NCBI GenBank assembly: GCA_031274845.1
Contig: JAISPN010000015.1
Location: 1-41,506, forward strand
Origin: Acidobacteriaceae bacterium
GTDB lineage: Bacteria > Acidobacteriota > Vicinamibacteria > Vicinamibacterales > CAVVIG01
DNA: 41,506 nucleotides
Reading direction: 5' to 3'
Shown here: positions 21,672-30,317 of the stretch, piece after piece
How the letters are laid out: every line of letters starts with the position of its first letter
Position numbering within the stretch: position 1 is the first letter of the stretch
Made by a program: the position numbers and the translations under genes
The notes under the pieces: generated by a model
Told to the model about the DNA's origin: nothing
The model's input: only the letters and a program-made list of their open reading frames with translations
Database searches by the model: none

Positions 21672-22612
21672 GACGCGCTCGTCTGCGCGCGCCAGTACTC
21701 AAGGATGTCGTCCAGTGTGCGATCGAACGGGATAGTGGGTGTCCATCCGAGCTCATCGCGGATCCGCGACGGATCGCCGACGACAACGGGTTGATCGCTG
21801 GGGCGGTACCGCGCGGGATCGACGCGCACGACGATCGGGACTCTGGCGCGTTCGAGCAGCGCATCGAGGAGATCGCCAATGGTCAGGGCGCGGCCGGAGC
21901 AGACGTTGTAGGCGCGCCGGCGCTCGCCTCGCTCCATGATGCGCACGTAGGCGCGCACGGTGTCGCGGACGTCGGTGATGTCGCGGCGCGGATCGAGATT
22001 GCCGACCACGATTTCCGCCGGCTGACGCTGGGCTTCGATTGCCGCGATCTGCCGCGCGAACGACGCGGACGAAAACGACGAGGACTGTCGTGGGCCGATG
22101 TGATTGAAGGCGCGCGCGATGCAGATGGCAGGGCCAGTATCCGAGCCTTCGGCGGTTGTTTCCTGCGCCAGCTTGCTCAAGCCGTACGGCGTCTTCGGGA
22201 CGCGGGGGGCGTCCTCGTTCATCGGGGCGTCAGACGAGGCGTACACGAGCGCGGAGCTTGTGATGACGACGCGCGCGTCTGGCGCGTAGGTGCGCAACGC
22301 TTCGACGAGGTGATGCGTTCCGAGCACATTCGTGGACAGCGTTCTGGCCGTCGCGTTCCACGCATCGCCGACATGCGCGGCGCCCGCGCAGTGGTAGACG
22401 CGTGACGGTTTAAGGTGCGCCACGGCGGCGCGGACGGCGGCGCGGTCGAGCAGATCGACGCCCTGCCAAGTGACGCCAGTGAGTGGTGCGAGCGATGTGC
22501 CGGGCCGATGCCAGCCAACGAGCGGGTGCGTATCCGCGGAGGTGCGCAAGGCGTCGAGGAGATGACCGCCGGCGAATCCGGCAGCGCCAGTGATAAGCGT
22601 GGGTCTGCTCAT
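21668..22612 (-). CDS. NAD-dependent sugar-nucleotide epimerase/dehydratase or reductase (SDR, GDP-sugar reductase-like)
   Basis: TGAAGFAGGHL Rossmann motif and YGLSK catalytic YxxxK. ATG at 22612; the track extension overlaps lptD. Confidence 0.85.
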   Translation of the reverse strand: MSRPTLITGAAGFAGGHLLDALRTSADTHPLVGWHRPGTSLAPLTGVTWQGVDLLDRAAVRAAVAHLKPSRVYHCAGAAHVGDAWNATARTLSTNVLGTHHLVEALRTYAPDARVVITSSALVYASSDAPMNEDAPRVPKTPYGLSKLAQETTAEGSDTGPAICIARAFNHIGPRQSSSFSSASFARQIAAIEAQRQPAEIVVGNLDPRRDITDVRDTVRAYVRIMERGERRRAYNVCSGRALTIGDLLDALLERARVPIVVRVDPARYRPSDQPVVVGDPSRIRDELGWTPTIPFDRTLDDILEYWRAQTSAS

Positions 22613-22619
22613 TGCGCCA

Positions 22620-24920
22620 TCAATGCGGCACACCGCCGAGGCCGCCGCTGAACGGCGAGAAGCTGCCGATGCCGGCGAGGGTAAACGAGAGGAAGAATTG
22701 ATGGTCCGTGGGGACGCTTCCGTTGGTGGCCGCCGCGATGTTGGAACTCCGGTACTCCATCGCGATTCCGCAGCACTGCGCGTTGTAGAACGCCGACACA
22801 CGTTGCTGAAGAAATGACGAGCGCAGGATGTCGTAGTTCATCGTGTAGAGGACGCCGTACTTGTTGTCGGGTGTATGGACGTTGCTGTCGAAGTTGATGT
22901 AGTGGTTGAGGAAAGCCGGATCGTTGAATCCGGGGAGCGATGCGATGAAGAACGTCTTCGTCCACCCGGTGGAGATGCGTGCCCATGTGCCGTGCGTGTA
23001 GGTGCCTGTGGCCGATACCGTCCGCAACTCCCGGGTCGTGCTGTCGATCTCGGCGTTCGCGGACACGTTGATGCCCGTGGTGGGTGTTGTTTGCAGGCTC
23101 AGCTTGACCGGCGAGAAATTGCTTGGCGTGCTCCCGGTGAAGCTCGTGGCGTAGTTTGGATCGTGGAGTCCGGCCTGTGAGTCTGAGTAGTACGACTGCG
23201 AGATCCCAATGGAGACGATTTCAACCGGCCGGGAGATGGCGCCAATCCGCCGCTTCGCATAGAGGCGGTTGTTGATCCCGTAGGTGTAGGTCGTCGTGCT
23301 GCCGTAGGTGAAGTCGACGGTGTCGTTCTGGATGATCTGATTGAAGTTGTCGATGGCGGTTGTGCGCTGCACGGTGAAATTGGGTTCGATCGAGTGCTTG
23401 AAGCGCTCCGCGTAGCTGCTGTCGGGCGTGTTCCACACCCGGGTAAACACCGGTCCCACGATCTGCGAGGTCAAGGTGAAGTACTGACGGTTCAAGGGGA
23501 CATTGACGACTTGCTGCTGGTCGTCGAGGCTGCGGCTGTAGTACGTGTCGCGCCAGTCGATCGAGGAGTTGACCGTAAAGAACGGCCAGCGCGTCAGCGG
23601 CACGCGAATCCGCGGGTTGAAATCGAAACGGCTCACTGAATTGTCCTGGCCCGCGATGGGGACGCCATTGTCGGTGGCGAGGCGATCGAGGTGGGACACT
23701 TCGCCGAGGACGGTGAAGTAGATCGGCGCGGACGGGAACAACGGCTTCTCGGCGCGCGAGAGGTTGATTTTGGGTGACGATCCGAAGACCTGCGTCGCGG
23801 TGGGCGACGTGAATATTTCCTGACGATCGAATATGCCGCTCACCATGAACGAGTGCCAACTGCCAGCGACGTTGACGCCGTAGGACCGGGTGTTGCTGAC
23901 GGTGTTGTAGGCGTTGGTGTTGAGCGTCTGGTTGGTGTAGAGGCTTGAGAAGTAGTTGGCGTACGCGCGCGCGCGAAAGCCGAGCGGGAGCGTCTGGGTC
24001 ATGTTGCCGGTGATCGTCGTGCTGCGCTGTGACTCCTGCGTCGTGTCGCCTGTCTGCTGCCGTTCGTTGAGGATGTACGAATCGATCGTCCCGCTGTTGC
24101 CGCCACCGAAGTTGTAGCGGTATTCACCGCGCGTGCCGGTGCCGGTTTTCGAAAACCAGTCGTAGCCAATCGTCGCGTCCTGGCTGCGGTCGATGGCCCA
24201 GAAGAACGCGTTGTGGATGGTCTGGCCTCGTAGATTCGATGAGCCGTACACCGGGAGCAGGAAGCCGGTGGCGCGGCCATCTTCGTGCGTCGGGTAGTAC
24301 ATCCAGGGCAGATAGAACATCGGCACGCCCTTGACGCGCAGCACGGCCTGCTTCAGCACCGTGTAATGGTCAACGTTCAGCGTGATCGTGTCGGCCGTCA
24401 GATCCCATCGCGGGGTCGGCTGCTCGCACGTGCTGAACCCGCCGTTGGTGATCTTGTATTTCTTCGTCGCGATCTTCTCGACGGTTTCTCCGAAGAAGAC
24501 GACGTCGTTCGCCTGACCGGTTTGTTGTGGCGCGGTAAAGGCTGTTCCGGGGCGCGGCGGCTGCCGTCGCGGTTCGATGGTGGCAATCCCGGTCGCGTGG
24601 TAGAAGGTGCCGAGCGAAGTGCGCGTGTTGAAATCGGCGTGGTCGGCGGCGATCCGGTTCTTGCCCTGATTGAAGACGACATTCCCGCGCGCGATGGCGC
24701 GGTCCTCGTCTTCGAAGAACTCGACCTCATCCGCGTACAGCTTGGAATCCTCCCGCTCGAGCTCGACGGTATTGCTCAGCACCCAATGTTTGTCGCCCAC
24801 TTTTTCCTGACGGCCCGCCTTGACGGTGTAGCCGGCGATGTTCATGCTGAACTGTGCCCACGCCGCGCGCGAGGGCATGAGCACAGCGATCAGGACGAGC
24901 AATCCGATAAAGATTTTCAT
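22620..24920 (-). CDS. lptD: LPS-assembly outer membrane protein LptD
   Basis: Signal peptide, N-terminal OstA-like domain (ADEVEFFEDEDRAIARGNV), then a large beta-barrel. Confidence 0.85.
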   Translation of the reverse strand: MKIFIGLLVLIAVLMPSRAAWAQFSMNIAGYTVKAGRQEKVGDKHWVLSNTVELEREDSKLYADEVEFFEDEDRAIARGNVVFNQGKNRIAADHADFNTRTSLGTFYHATGIATIEPRRQPPRPGTAFTAPQQTGQANDVVFFGETVEKIATKKYKITNGGFSTCEQPTPRWDLTADTITLNVDHYTVLKQAVLRVKGVPMFYLPWMYYPTHEDGRATGFLLPVYGSSNLRGQTIHNAFFWAIDRSQDATIGYDWFSKTGTGTRGEYRYNFGGGNSGTIDSYILNERQQTGDTTQESQRSTTITGNMTQTLPLGFRARAYANYFSSLYTNQTLNTNAYNTVSNTRSYGVNVAGSWHSFMVSGIFDRQEIFTSPTATQVFGSSPKINLSRAEKPLFPSAPIYFTVLGEVSHLDRLATDNGVPIAGQDNSVSRFDFNPRIRVPLTRWPFFTVNSSIDWRDTYYSRSLDDQQQVVNVPLNRQYFTLTSQIVGPVFTRVWNTPDSSYAERFKHSIEPNFTVQRTTAIDNFNQIIQNDTVDFTYGSTTTYTYGINNRLYAKRRIGAISRPVEIVSIGISQSYYSDSQAGLHDPNYATSFTGSTPSNFSPVKLSLQTTPTTGINVSANAEIDSTTRELRTVSATGTYTHGTWARISTGWTKTFFIASLPGFNDPAFLNHYINFDSNVHTPDNKYGVLYTMNYDILRSSFLQQRVSAFYNAQCCGIAMEYRSSNIAAATNGSVPTDHQFFLSFTLAGIGSFSPFSGGLGGVPH

Positions 24921-24947
24921 GAGGCGTTGACAGGGGCTCTTTGGAGC

Positions 24948-26246
24948 CTACCACGCTCTTCCGAGGCTGGCGATGACATCGCCGAGTAAAAAAATTGATC
25001 CGGCAACCACGATGGACGTGTCGTGCTGCCACGCGCAATCGAGCGCCTCGACAGCCGAGGGCATCGTCAGCACGGTCAGCGCCGGCGCTTCCTGACCGAC
25101 GAGCGCGGCGAGCGCCTCAGGCGTATGCGACCTCGGATTTGATGCGCGCGTGACGATGAAGAGACTTGTCACCGGCGCGAGCGCGCGCACGATGGCGGCG
25201 GCGTCCTTGTCGTGCATCGCGGCAAAGACGATCGGATGACGGCGGCCTGTCGCCGCAAGGTGTGCCGCAAGCGCGATCGCCCCTTCCGGATTGTGCGCGG
25301 CGTCGAGCAAGGCCTCGCGGCCGTCGCTACGGCGTATCCGCTGTAGACGTCCGGGCCAGTACACATCGGCAAACGCGGCTCTCACCGCGTCGGCGTCGAG
25401 TGGCCATCCGCTGGCTTCGAGTGCTTCGAGCACGCGCACGGCAACCACCGCGTTCTCGACCTGATGGGCGCCGCCGAGCGAGAGCGACAGACGTCCGTAG
25501 TTGCGGCGGGGCGTACAGAGGTTGAAGTCGACGCGTTCGTCGCGCGTCGCGATGCCGGAAATCGTTGCGCCTTCGTGCGCGACGATGAGCGGCGCGTTGC
25601 GCGCGGCGGCGATTTCCTGGATGGCTGATAAAGCGGCAGGCGGCAGGTTGCCGACGACAACCGGGACGTCAGGCTTGATGATGCCCGCTTTCTCTCGCGC
25701 GATGCTCTCGAGCGAATCGCCAAGATAGCGTTCGTGATCGCGCGCGATTGTCGTGATGGCCGTCACCGCTGGCGTGAGGACATTGGTCGCATCCAGCCGG
25801 CCGCCGAGGCCGACTTCGAAGATGCCGATGCCGATGTTCGCGCGCCGGAACAGTTCGAATGCGGCTGCCGTCGTGACTTCGAAGAACGTCGGGTGTACGT
25901 CGAGTTCGCCGCGCTGCTGCAGATCGGTGATGACGTCACGTAGATGCGCGACGACATCCCGCAAGGCGTCAATGGGGACCGGCACGCCATCGATCGCGAA
26001 TCGTTCGGTGAGGCTGACGAGGTGCGGCGATGTGTAACGTCCCGTTCGCGCGTGGAGCCGCAGCGCTCGTTCGACCATGGCGGTCACCGAGCCTTTGCCG
26101 TTGGTGCCTGCGATGTGTACCGAGGGGAATGCCGTGTGCGGGTTGCCGAGGGCGCCGAGCAGCGTGCGGATGTTGCCGAGGCCGAACTTGATTCCGAAGT
26201 GCTCGAGGCTGAAGAGATAGTCGAGCGGGTCCTCGTGGTGTCTCAC
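24948..26246 (-). CDS. folC: Bifunctional folylpolyglutamate synthase/dihydrofolate synthase
   Basis: HIAGTNGKGS P-loop, Mur ligase architecture. The GTG start overlaps the accD stop. Confidence 0.9.
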   Translation of the reverse strand: MRHHEDPLDYLFSLEHFGIKFGLGNIRTLLGALGNPHTAFPSVHIAGTNGKGSVTAMVERALRLHARTGRYTSPHLVSLTERFAIDGVPVPIDALRDVVAHLRDVITDLQQRGELDVHPTFFEVTTAAAFELFRRANIGIGIFEVGLGGRLDATNVLTPAVTAITTIARDHERYLGDSLESIAREKAGIIKPDVPVVVGNLPPAALSAIQEIAAARNAPLIVAHEGATISGIATRDERVDFNLCTPRRNYGRLSLSLGGAHQVENAVVAVRVLEALEASGWPLDADAVRAAFADVYWPGRLQRIRRSDGREALLDAAHNPEGAIALAAHLAATGRRHPIVFAAMHDKDAAAIVRALAPVTSLFIVTRASNPRSHTPEALAALVGQEAPALTVLTMPSAVEALDCAWQHDTSIVVAGSIFLLGDVIASLGRAW

Positions 26247-27163
26247 GAGCGCGGTGCGGACGCGTCGGTGCTCGCCTCGACGTTTACCAGCGGCGTGGCG
26301 GGGGGATTGACGGCCAAAGGTTCCGCTCCCATGAATCGCAGCGATCGGGCGAGCAGGCTCTTCATCTCGCGCCGATCGACAACGTAGTCGAGCATCCCTT
26401 TTTCAATCAGGAACTCCGATCGCTGGAAGCCTTCGGGCAGTTTCTGGCGAATCGTTTGCTCGATGACGCGTGGGCCGGCAAAGCCGATTTGCGCCTTCGG
26501 TTCGGCGATGTTGAGATCGCCGAGCATGGCGAAGCTCGCGGTGACGCCGCCGGTGGTCGGGTCCGTCAGGACGGCGATGTAGGGCAACCTGGCGCGATCG
26601 AGCCGCGCGAGGGCGCCGGAAATCTTTGCCATCTGCATCAGCGACAGCGCGCCTTCCATCATGCGCGCGCCGCCCGAGCAGCAGACGATGATGAGCGCGC
26701 GCTTGTCGGCGATCGCACGTTCGATCGCGCGGGTGATCTTTTCGCCAACGACGACACCCATGCTGCCGCCGATGAAGCCGTATTCCTGCGCGGCGATGAC
26801 GACCGGCAGCGAGTCGAGCGTGCCGGTGGCGACGAGCACGGCGTCTTTGACGCCAGTGGAGGCGATGCCGGCCTTGAGCCTCGATTTGTAGGTCTTGACG
26901 TCGGTGAACTGGAGCGGATCGGTCGAGACGAGGTTGGCGTCGTGCTCGGTCCACGGCCCGTCGAAGAGCATCCGCAGGCGTTCGGTCGCGTTGATGCGGA
27001 AGTGGTGCGCGCACTTCGGGCAGACGTTGAGATTGGCGGCGAGATCCTTGTTGTAGATCGCTTGCGCGCAACCGGGACATTTGATCCAGAGGCCTTCGGG
27101 CACGCGGCTCGGTTTTTCTCCGGCCGAGGCGATCGGTTTGCGCGTCTTCTTGAACCAGGCCAT
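26243..27163 (-). CDS. accD: Acetyl-CoA carboxylase carboxyltransferase beta subunit
   Basis: Zn ribbon CPGC...CPKC, GGSMG. Confidence 0.95.
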   Translation of the reverse strand: MAWFKKTRKPIASAGEKPSRVPEGLWIKCPGCAQAIYNKDLAANLNVCPKCAHHFRINATERLRMLFDGPWTEHDANLVSTDPLQFTDVKTYKSRLKAGIASTGVKDAVLVATGTLDSLPVVIAAQEYGFIGGSMGVVVGEKITRAIERAIADKRALIIVCCSGGARMMEGALSLMQMAKISGALARLDRARLPYIAVLTDPTTGGVTASFAMLGDLNIAEPKAQIGFAGPRVIEQTIRQKLPEGFQRSEFLIEKGMLDYVVDRREMKSLLARSLRFMGAEPLAVNPPATPLVNVEASTDASAPRS

Positions 27164-27181
27164 GAACGTTCAGCTTACCAT

Positions 27182-27823
27182 TCACCTGGTGCGCGGCACG
27201 TAATACTGCGTGCCGCTGCCCATGCTCTCGATCTGGCGGATCAGATCGTCCACCGCATCCTCGCTCACCGTGGAATCGAACTGCGACGTTTCGACGACGA
27301 GAAGCGGCGTGGTTTCGTAGTGAAAGAAAAAATGGTTGTAGGCCACGTTGAGTTCCCGCAGGTAGTCGGGGCTCGCGGTCGGCGTATCGGTTTCCATGTC
27401 GCGCTCGCGGGCGCGAAGGCGTCTGAGGAGCACGTCGGTTGGCGCCTGCAGGTAGATCACGAGATCGGGTGAAGGGACTTCGCGCGACAGGAGCTCGTAG
27501 AGTTGCTGATAGATGAACAGCTCGTTGTCGTCGAGATTCAGATACGCAAAGATCTTGTCTTTGTCGAACAGGTAGTCCGATACGGTGATCTGGCTGAAGA
27601 GATCGGTTTGGCGCAGGGTCGTCTGCTGACGATGACGGTTCAGCAAATAGAACAGCTGCGCCTGCAACGCCGCGCCGGGACGCTCGGCGTAGAAATCGGC
27701 GAGAAATGGATTCTCGGGATCTTCCAGCACGAGCGCCGCGTCGAGTCGTGTCGCGAGCCGCTCCGCGAGTTGGGTCTTACCCGCGCCGATGGGTCCTTCG
27801 ACAGCGATGTGTCGAAACTGCAC
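27182..27823 (-). CDS. Deoxynucleoside kinase family protein
   Basis: GTG start gives VQFRHIAVEGPIGAGKTQLAERL. The upstream part of the 340-aa ORF is Arg-rich and unlike dNK. Confidence 0.8.
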   Translation of the reverse strand: MQFRHIAVEGPIGAGKTQLAERLATRLDAALVLEDPENPFLADFYAERPGAALQAQLFYLLNRHRQQTTLRQTDLFSQITVSDYLFDKDKIFAYLNLDDNELFIYQQLYELLSREVPSPDLVIYLQAPTDVLLRRLRARERDMETDTPTASPDYLRELNVAYNHFFFHYETTPLLVVETSQFDSTVSEDAVDDLIRQIESMGSGTQYYVPRTR

Positions 27824-27853
27824 AGCGGACCCGATGATATCATTCGGGCCGTG

Positions 27854-28062
27854 ATGCGTTCGACGATTGCGCTCGCAATTGCCTGTGTCGCGTCTGCGTG
27901 CGCGAGCGCTCCTCCGGTTCAGACTCCTCGTCTTCCTCCTGCGCCAAGCTTCGAGACAAAGATGTCGTGGATGCTGCGCCTTGAAGATCAGCGCATCCTC
28001 CGAGATCCGGAGGTTCCCGCGCCGCCGCCAGCCGCGATTGCGACAGCTCAAGGGCGTACCCG
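27854..28062 (+). pseudogene. Out-of-frame N-terminal segment (lipoprotein-like signal peptide + LRLEDQRILRD segment) of the downstream HEAT-cyclophilin gene
   Basis: ATG 27854 gives MRSTIALAIACVASACASAPP.... This frame degenerates into an Arg/Trp/Cys-rich tail after about 28060, just where the other frame becomes protein-like. Confidence 0.45.
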
Positions 28063-29982
28063 GTGGCGCCGGTGGTGGCGCCGCCTCCGCCTCCACCCGA
28101 TCTGGTGCGATTGCTTTCCGACAGCGAAGCGCGAGTGCGCAGACGCGCGGCGCTTGCGGTCGGACGTGTCGGGCTTGCCGCGGGCGTGCCGCCGCTCTTG
28201 CCATTGCTCAAGGACGTGGAACCCGAAGTGCGTCAGATGGCGGCGTTCTCGCTGGGGCTCATCGCCGATCGTGCCGCTGTTCCCGCGCTCGTCGAGGCGC
28301 TTACCGATGCGTCTCCGCTCGTGCAGGGAAGCGCCGCGGAAGCACTTGGGCTCATTGGTGATGCGCAGGCGGCAGCGCCCGTCGGCGCGATGGTGAAATC
28401 GGTCGTCGATAGCGGCGCGCTCGCCACGGTGCCAGACGAAGGGCAAGACGATATACGGAGTACGCCGGCGGCGGTGTTCAGGCTGGGCGTCACGGCGCTC
28501 GTGCGCTTGAAGGCGTACGACGCGCTCGCGTCGGCGGCGCTCGATCCGTCAGGCCGTCCGCGGACGGCCTACTGGCCGCTGGCGTTTGCGCTGCAGCGTC
28601 TCGAAAATCCGCGCGCGTTGACCGCCCTGCTCGCGCTCGCCAGCGACGCGAATCCCTACACGAAGGCGTTTGCCGCGAAGGGGCTCGGCGCGATGGAGAG
28701 CGCCAACGCGGGCGCTGCGCTCGTGCCGCTTGCCGAGAGTCCGGAAAAAAATGTGGCGATCGAAGCGATTCGCTCGCTGGGTCGCTTGCGCTATCGTCCT
28801 GCGGCGCCGGTGCTGCTTCGCCTGGTGCAAGCGCCGCGTGCGGATGCGCGCCTGCGTGCGGAAGCGGTTGCCGCGATTGGGCAGGTTGGCGGCGAGGGTG
28901 TGACGGACGCGCTCATCGACATCCTTGGAGATCCCGTTCCGGGGATTCGCGCGGCGGCGATTCAGTCGTTGGCGCGGATCGACCCGGAAGGGTTCATGGC
29001 GATTCTGTCGGGGCTCGACGAGGATACGCACTGGTCGGTCCGCGCGGCGCTCGCCACCGTGCTCGGGACGCTGACGCCTGAGGCTGGCGCGCCGCGGCTC
29101 AAAGCCATGCTGGAGGATCGCGATTCGCGGGTGGTGCCTGCGGTGATCGCCGCGCTCGTGGCGCTCGGTGTGCCCGATGCCGCGCACATCGCCAGCGAGC
29201 GGTTGACGGTGGACGATCCGTTTGTGCGCGAGGCGGCCGCGCACGCGATTGAAACACTCAAGCCGGTGAACGGCGCTGCGCTGCTGACAGAGGCGTTCGA
29301 TCGCGGTGCGAGAGATGGTATCTATGTGGCGCGCGCGGCGGCGCTGACCGCGCTTGCCGCGTATGGCGCCGCCGCGGCGACGCCAGTGCTCGAGCGTGCG
29401 CTTGCCGATCCCGAATGGGCGGTGCGCGTGCGTGCGGTCACGTTGCTGACGGCGCTCAATGCTGGCAGTGACGCCGCCACCCGCAGCCGCCCCGCGCCGG
29501 CCTTGCCGGCGGATCGGTATGAATCGCCGCGTGTGGTCTCGCCGCCTGTGTCGATCGAGGCGTACATCGAAACGGATAAAGGCGAGATCAAGATCGAACT
29601 CGCGGTGCTCGATGCGCCGCAGACGGTGGCGAACTTCGTCACGCTGGCGCGGAAGGGGTTCTACGACAACGTGCCGTTTCATCGTGTCGTTCCGGACTTC
29701 GTCGTGCAGGGGGGCGATCCGCGTGGTGACGGCGACGGCGGTCCCGGGTACGCGATTCGCGACGAGCTGAACGAGCGCGCGTACCTGCGTGGCGTGGTCG
29801 GCATGGCGCTCGACTGGCCGGATACGGGTGGAAGTCAGTTCTTCATCGCCTACACGCCGCAGCCGCACCTCGACGCGAAGTACACGGTGTTCGGCCGCGT
29901 CACCGCCGGGATGGATGTGGTCGATCAGTTGTTGCCGTGGGATGTGATCCGGCGCGTGCGGATCTGGGACGGAACGGAATAA
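28063..29982 (+). CDS. HEAT-repeat protein fused to a cyclophilin-type peptidyl-prolyl isomerase
   Basis: Repeated VR..AA.ALG motifs. C-terminal FHRVVPDFVVQGGDP...GGSQFFI cyclophilin signature. No ATG start: first in-frame start is GTG 28063, and the frame opens at 27985. Confidence 0.85.
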   Translation: MAPVVAPPPPPPDLVRLLSDSEARVRRRAALAVGRVGLAAGVPPLLPLLKDVEPEVRQMAAFSLGLIADRAAVPALVEALTDASPLVQGSAAEALGLIGDAQAAAPVGAMVKSVVDSGALATVPDEGQDDIRSTPAAVFRLGVTALVRLKAYDALASAALDPSGRPRTAYWPLAFALQRLENPRALTALLALASDANPYTKAFAAKGLGAMESANAGAALVPLAESPEKNVAIEAIRSLGRLRYRPAAPVLLRLVQAPRADARLRAEAVAAIGQVGGEGVTDALIDILGDPVPGIRAAAIQSLARIDPEGFMAILSGLDEDTHWSVRAALATVLGTLTPEAGAPRLKAMLEDRDSRVVPAVIAALVALGVPDAAHIASERLTVDDPFVREAAAHAIETLKPVNGAALLTEAFDRGARDGIYVARAAALTALAAYGAAAATPVLERALADPEWAVRVRAVTLLTALNAGSDAATRSRPAPALPADRYESPRVVSPPVSIEAYIETDKGEIKIELAVLDAPQTVANFVTLARKGFYDNVPFHRVVPDFVVQGGDPRGDGDGGPGYAIRDELNERAYLRGVVGMALDWPDTGGSQFFIAYTPQPHLDAKYTVFGRVTAGMDVVDQLLPWDVIRRVRIWDGTE

Positions 29983-30001
29983 CGCGCGCCTTACGAAATG
30001 G

Positions 30002-30031
30002 AAAAGGGGGCGACCGCCGCCCCCTTTTTTT
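30002..30031. terminator. Bidirectional rho-independent terminator
   Basis: GGGGGCG (30006-30012) / CGCCCCC (30018-30024), loop ACCGC. T7 run on the plus side and an A-run on the other side (T4 for the minus strand). Confidence 0.8.
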
Positions 30032-30049
30032 CTAACGGGAATGCCCGGC

Positions 30050-30100
30050 TTAGCGCTTCTTGCCGGCCTTCTTCTTCCCGCCCTTGGCTTTCTTTGCCAT
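30050..30100 (-). CDS. Candidate 16-aa Lys-rich micro-protein MAKKAKGGKKKAGKKR
   Basis: ATG preceded by AAGGGGGGGATAGAGGACA (SD-like). Ends 18 nt before the terminator stem. 9 of 16 residues are basic. No known family recognised. Confidence 0.35.
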   Translation of the reverse strand: MAKKAKGGKKKAGKKR

Positions 30101-30313
30101 TGTCCTCTATCCCCCCCTTCATCTGGGTGTAGTGCGCGGACATCCGCGTCAATCGCTGTGGTAGCTGCCGCCTGGCACGCTTACCCGATCGCCGCCGCCC
30201 GTCGCTCGAGGCACCTTCTGCGCCGCTCCGAAAAGGTCCAGGTGCAGAAGAGTGAAGCTGGTGTTTTCCAGCCTCACTAGGGATGGCCTGAGTTCACCAC
30301 CCTCATACCAGAT
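30101..30313 (-). ncRNA. Candidate structured leader or small RNA of unknown class
   Basis: Lies between the predicted promoter and the micro-ORF. Has several GC-rich helices, one of which is fully paired only in the minus-strand transcript (G-U). Confidence 0.4.
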
Positions 30314-30317
30314 GTAG

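Noticed and set aside
22613-22801. N-terminal extension of the epimerase ORF overlapping the lptD 3' end. Similar extensions occur for rpiB (14619-14753), DUF502 (36348-36479), tgt (31455-31568), thiC (15906-15947), lepB (7647-7787) and dNK (27824-28204).
   Set aside because: The extensions are compositionally off-frame-like and overlap neighbouring genes or the riboswitch. Internal starts give canonical N-termini (for example MSRPTLITGAAGFAGG, MRVAIGADHAG).
30101-30313. Tried to assign the structured leader to a known RNA: cobalamin, SAM, FMN, lysine, ykkC/guanidine, c-di-GMP and ZTP riboswitches; 6S RNA, RNase P RNA, SRP RNA, tmRNA.
   Set aside because: The defining motifs are absent: no B12 box or GCCACTG-type core, no RNase P GAGGAAAGTCC, no SRP domain IV loop, no tRNA-like tmRNA ends. 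GGTGAACTC only superficially resembles the cobalamin/FMN GGTGAAA element. This judgement is from memory, so cmscan is needed.
30119-30314. TCATCTGG (30119-30126) and ACCAGATG (30307-30314) share 8-mers with the motif family of the 0.8-2.4 kb islet.
   Set aside because: Identity stops after 8 nt. The same 8-mers also occur inside secF, exbB and other coding regions, so a chance match is the simpler explanation.
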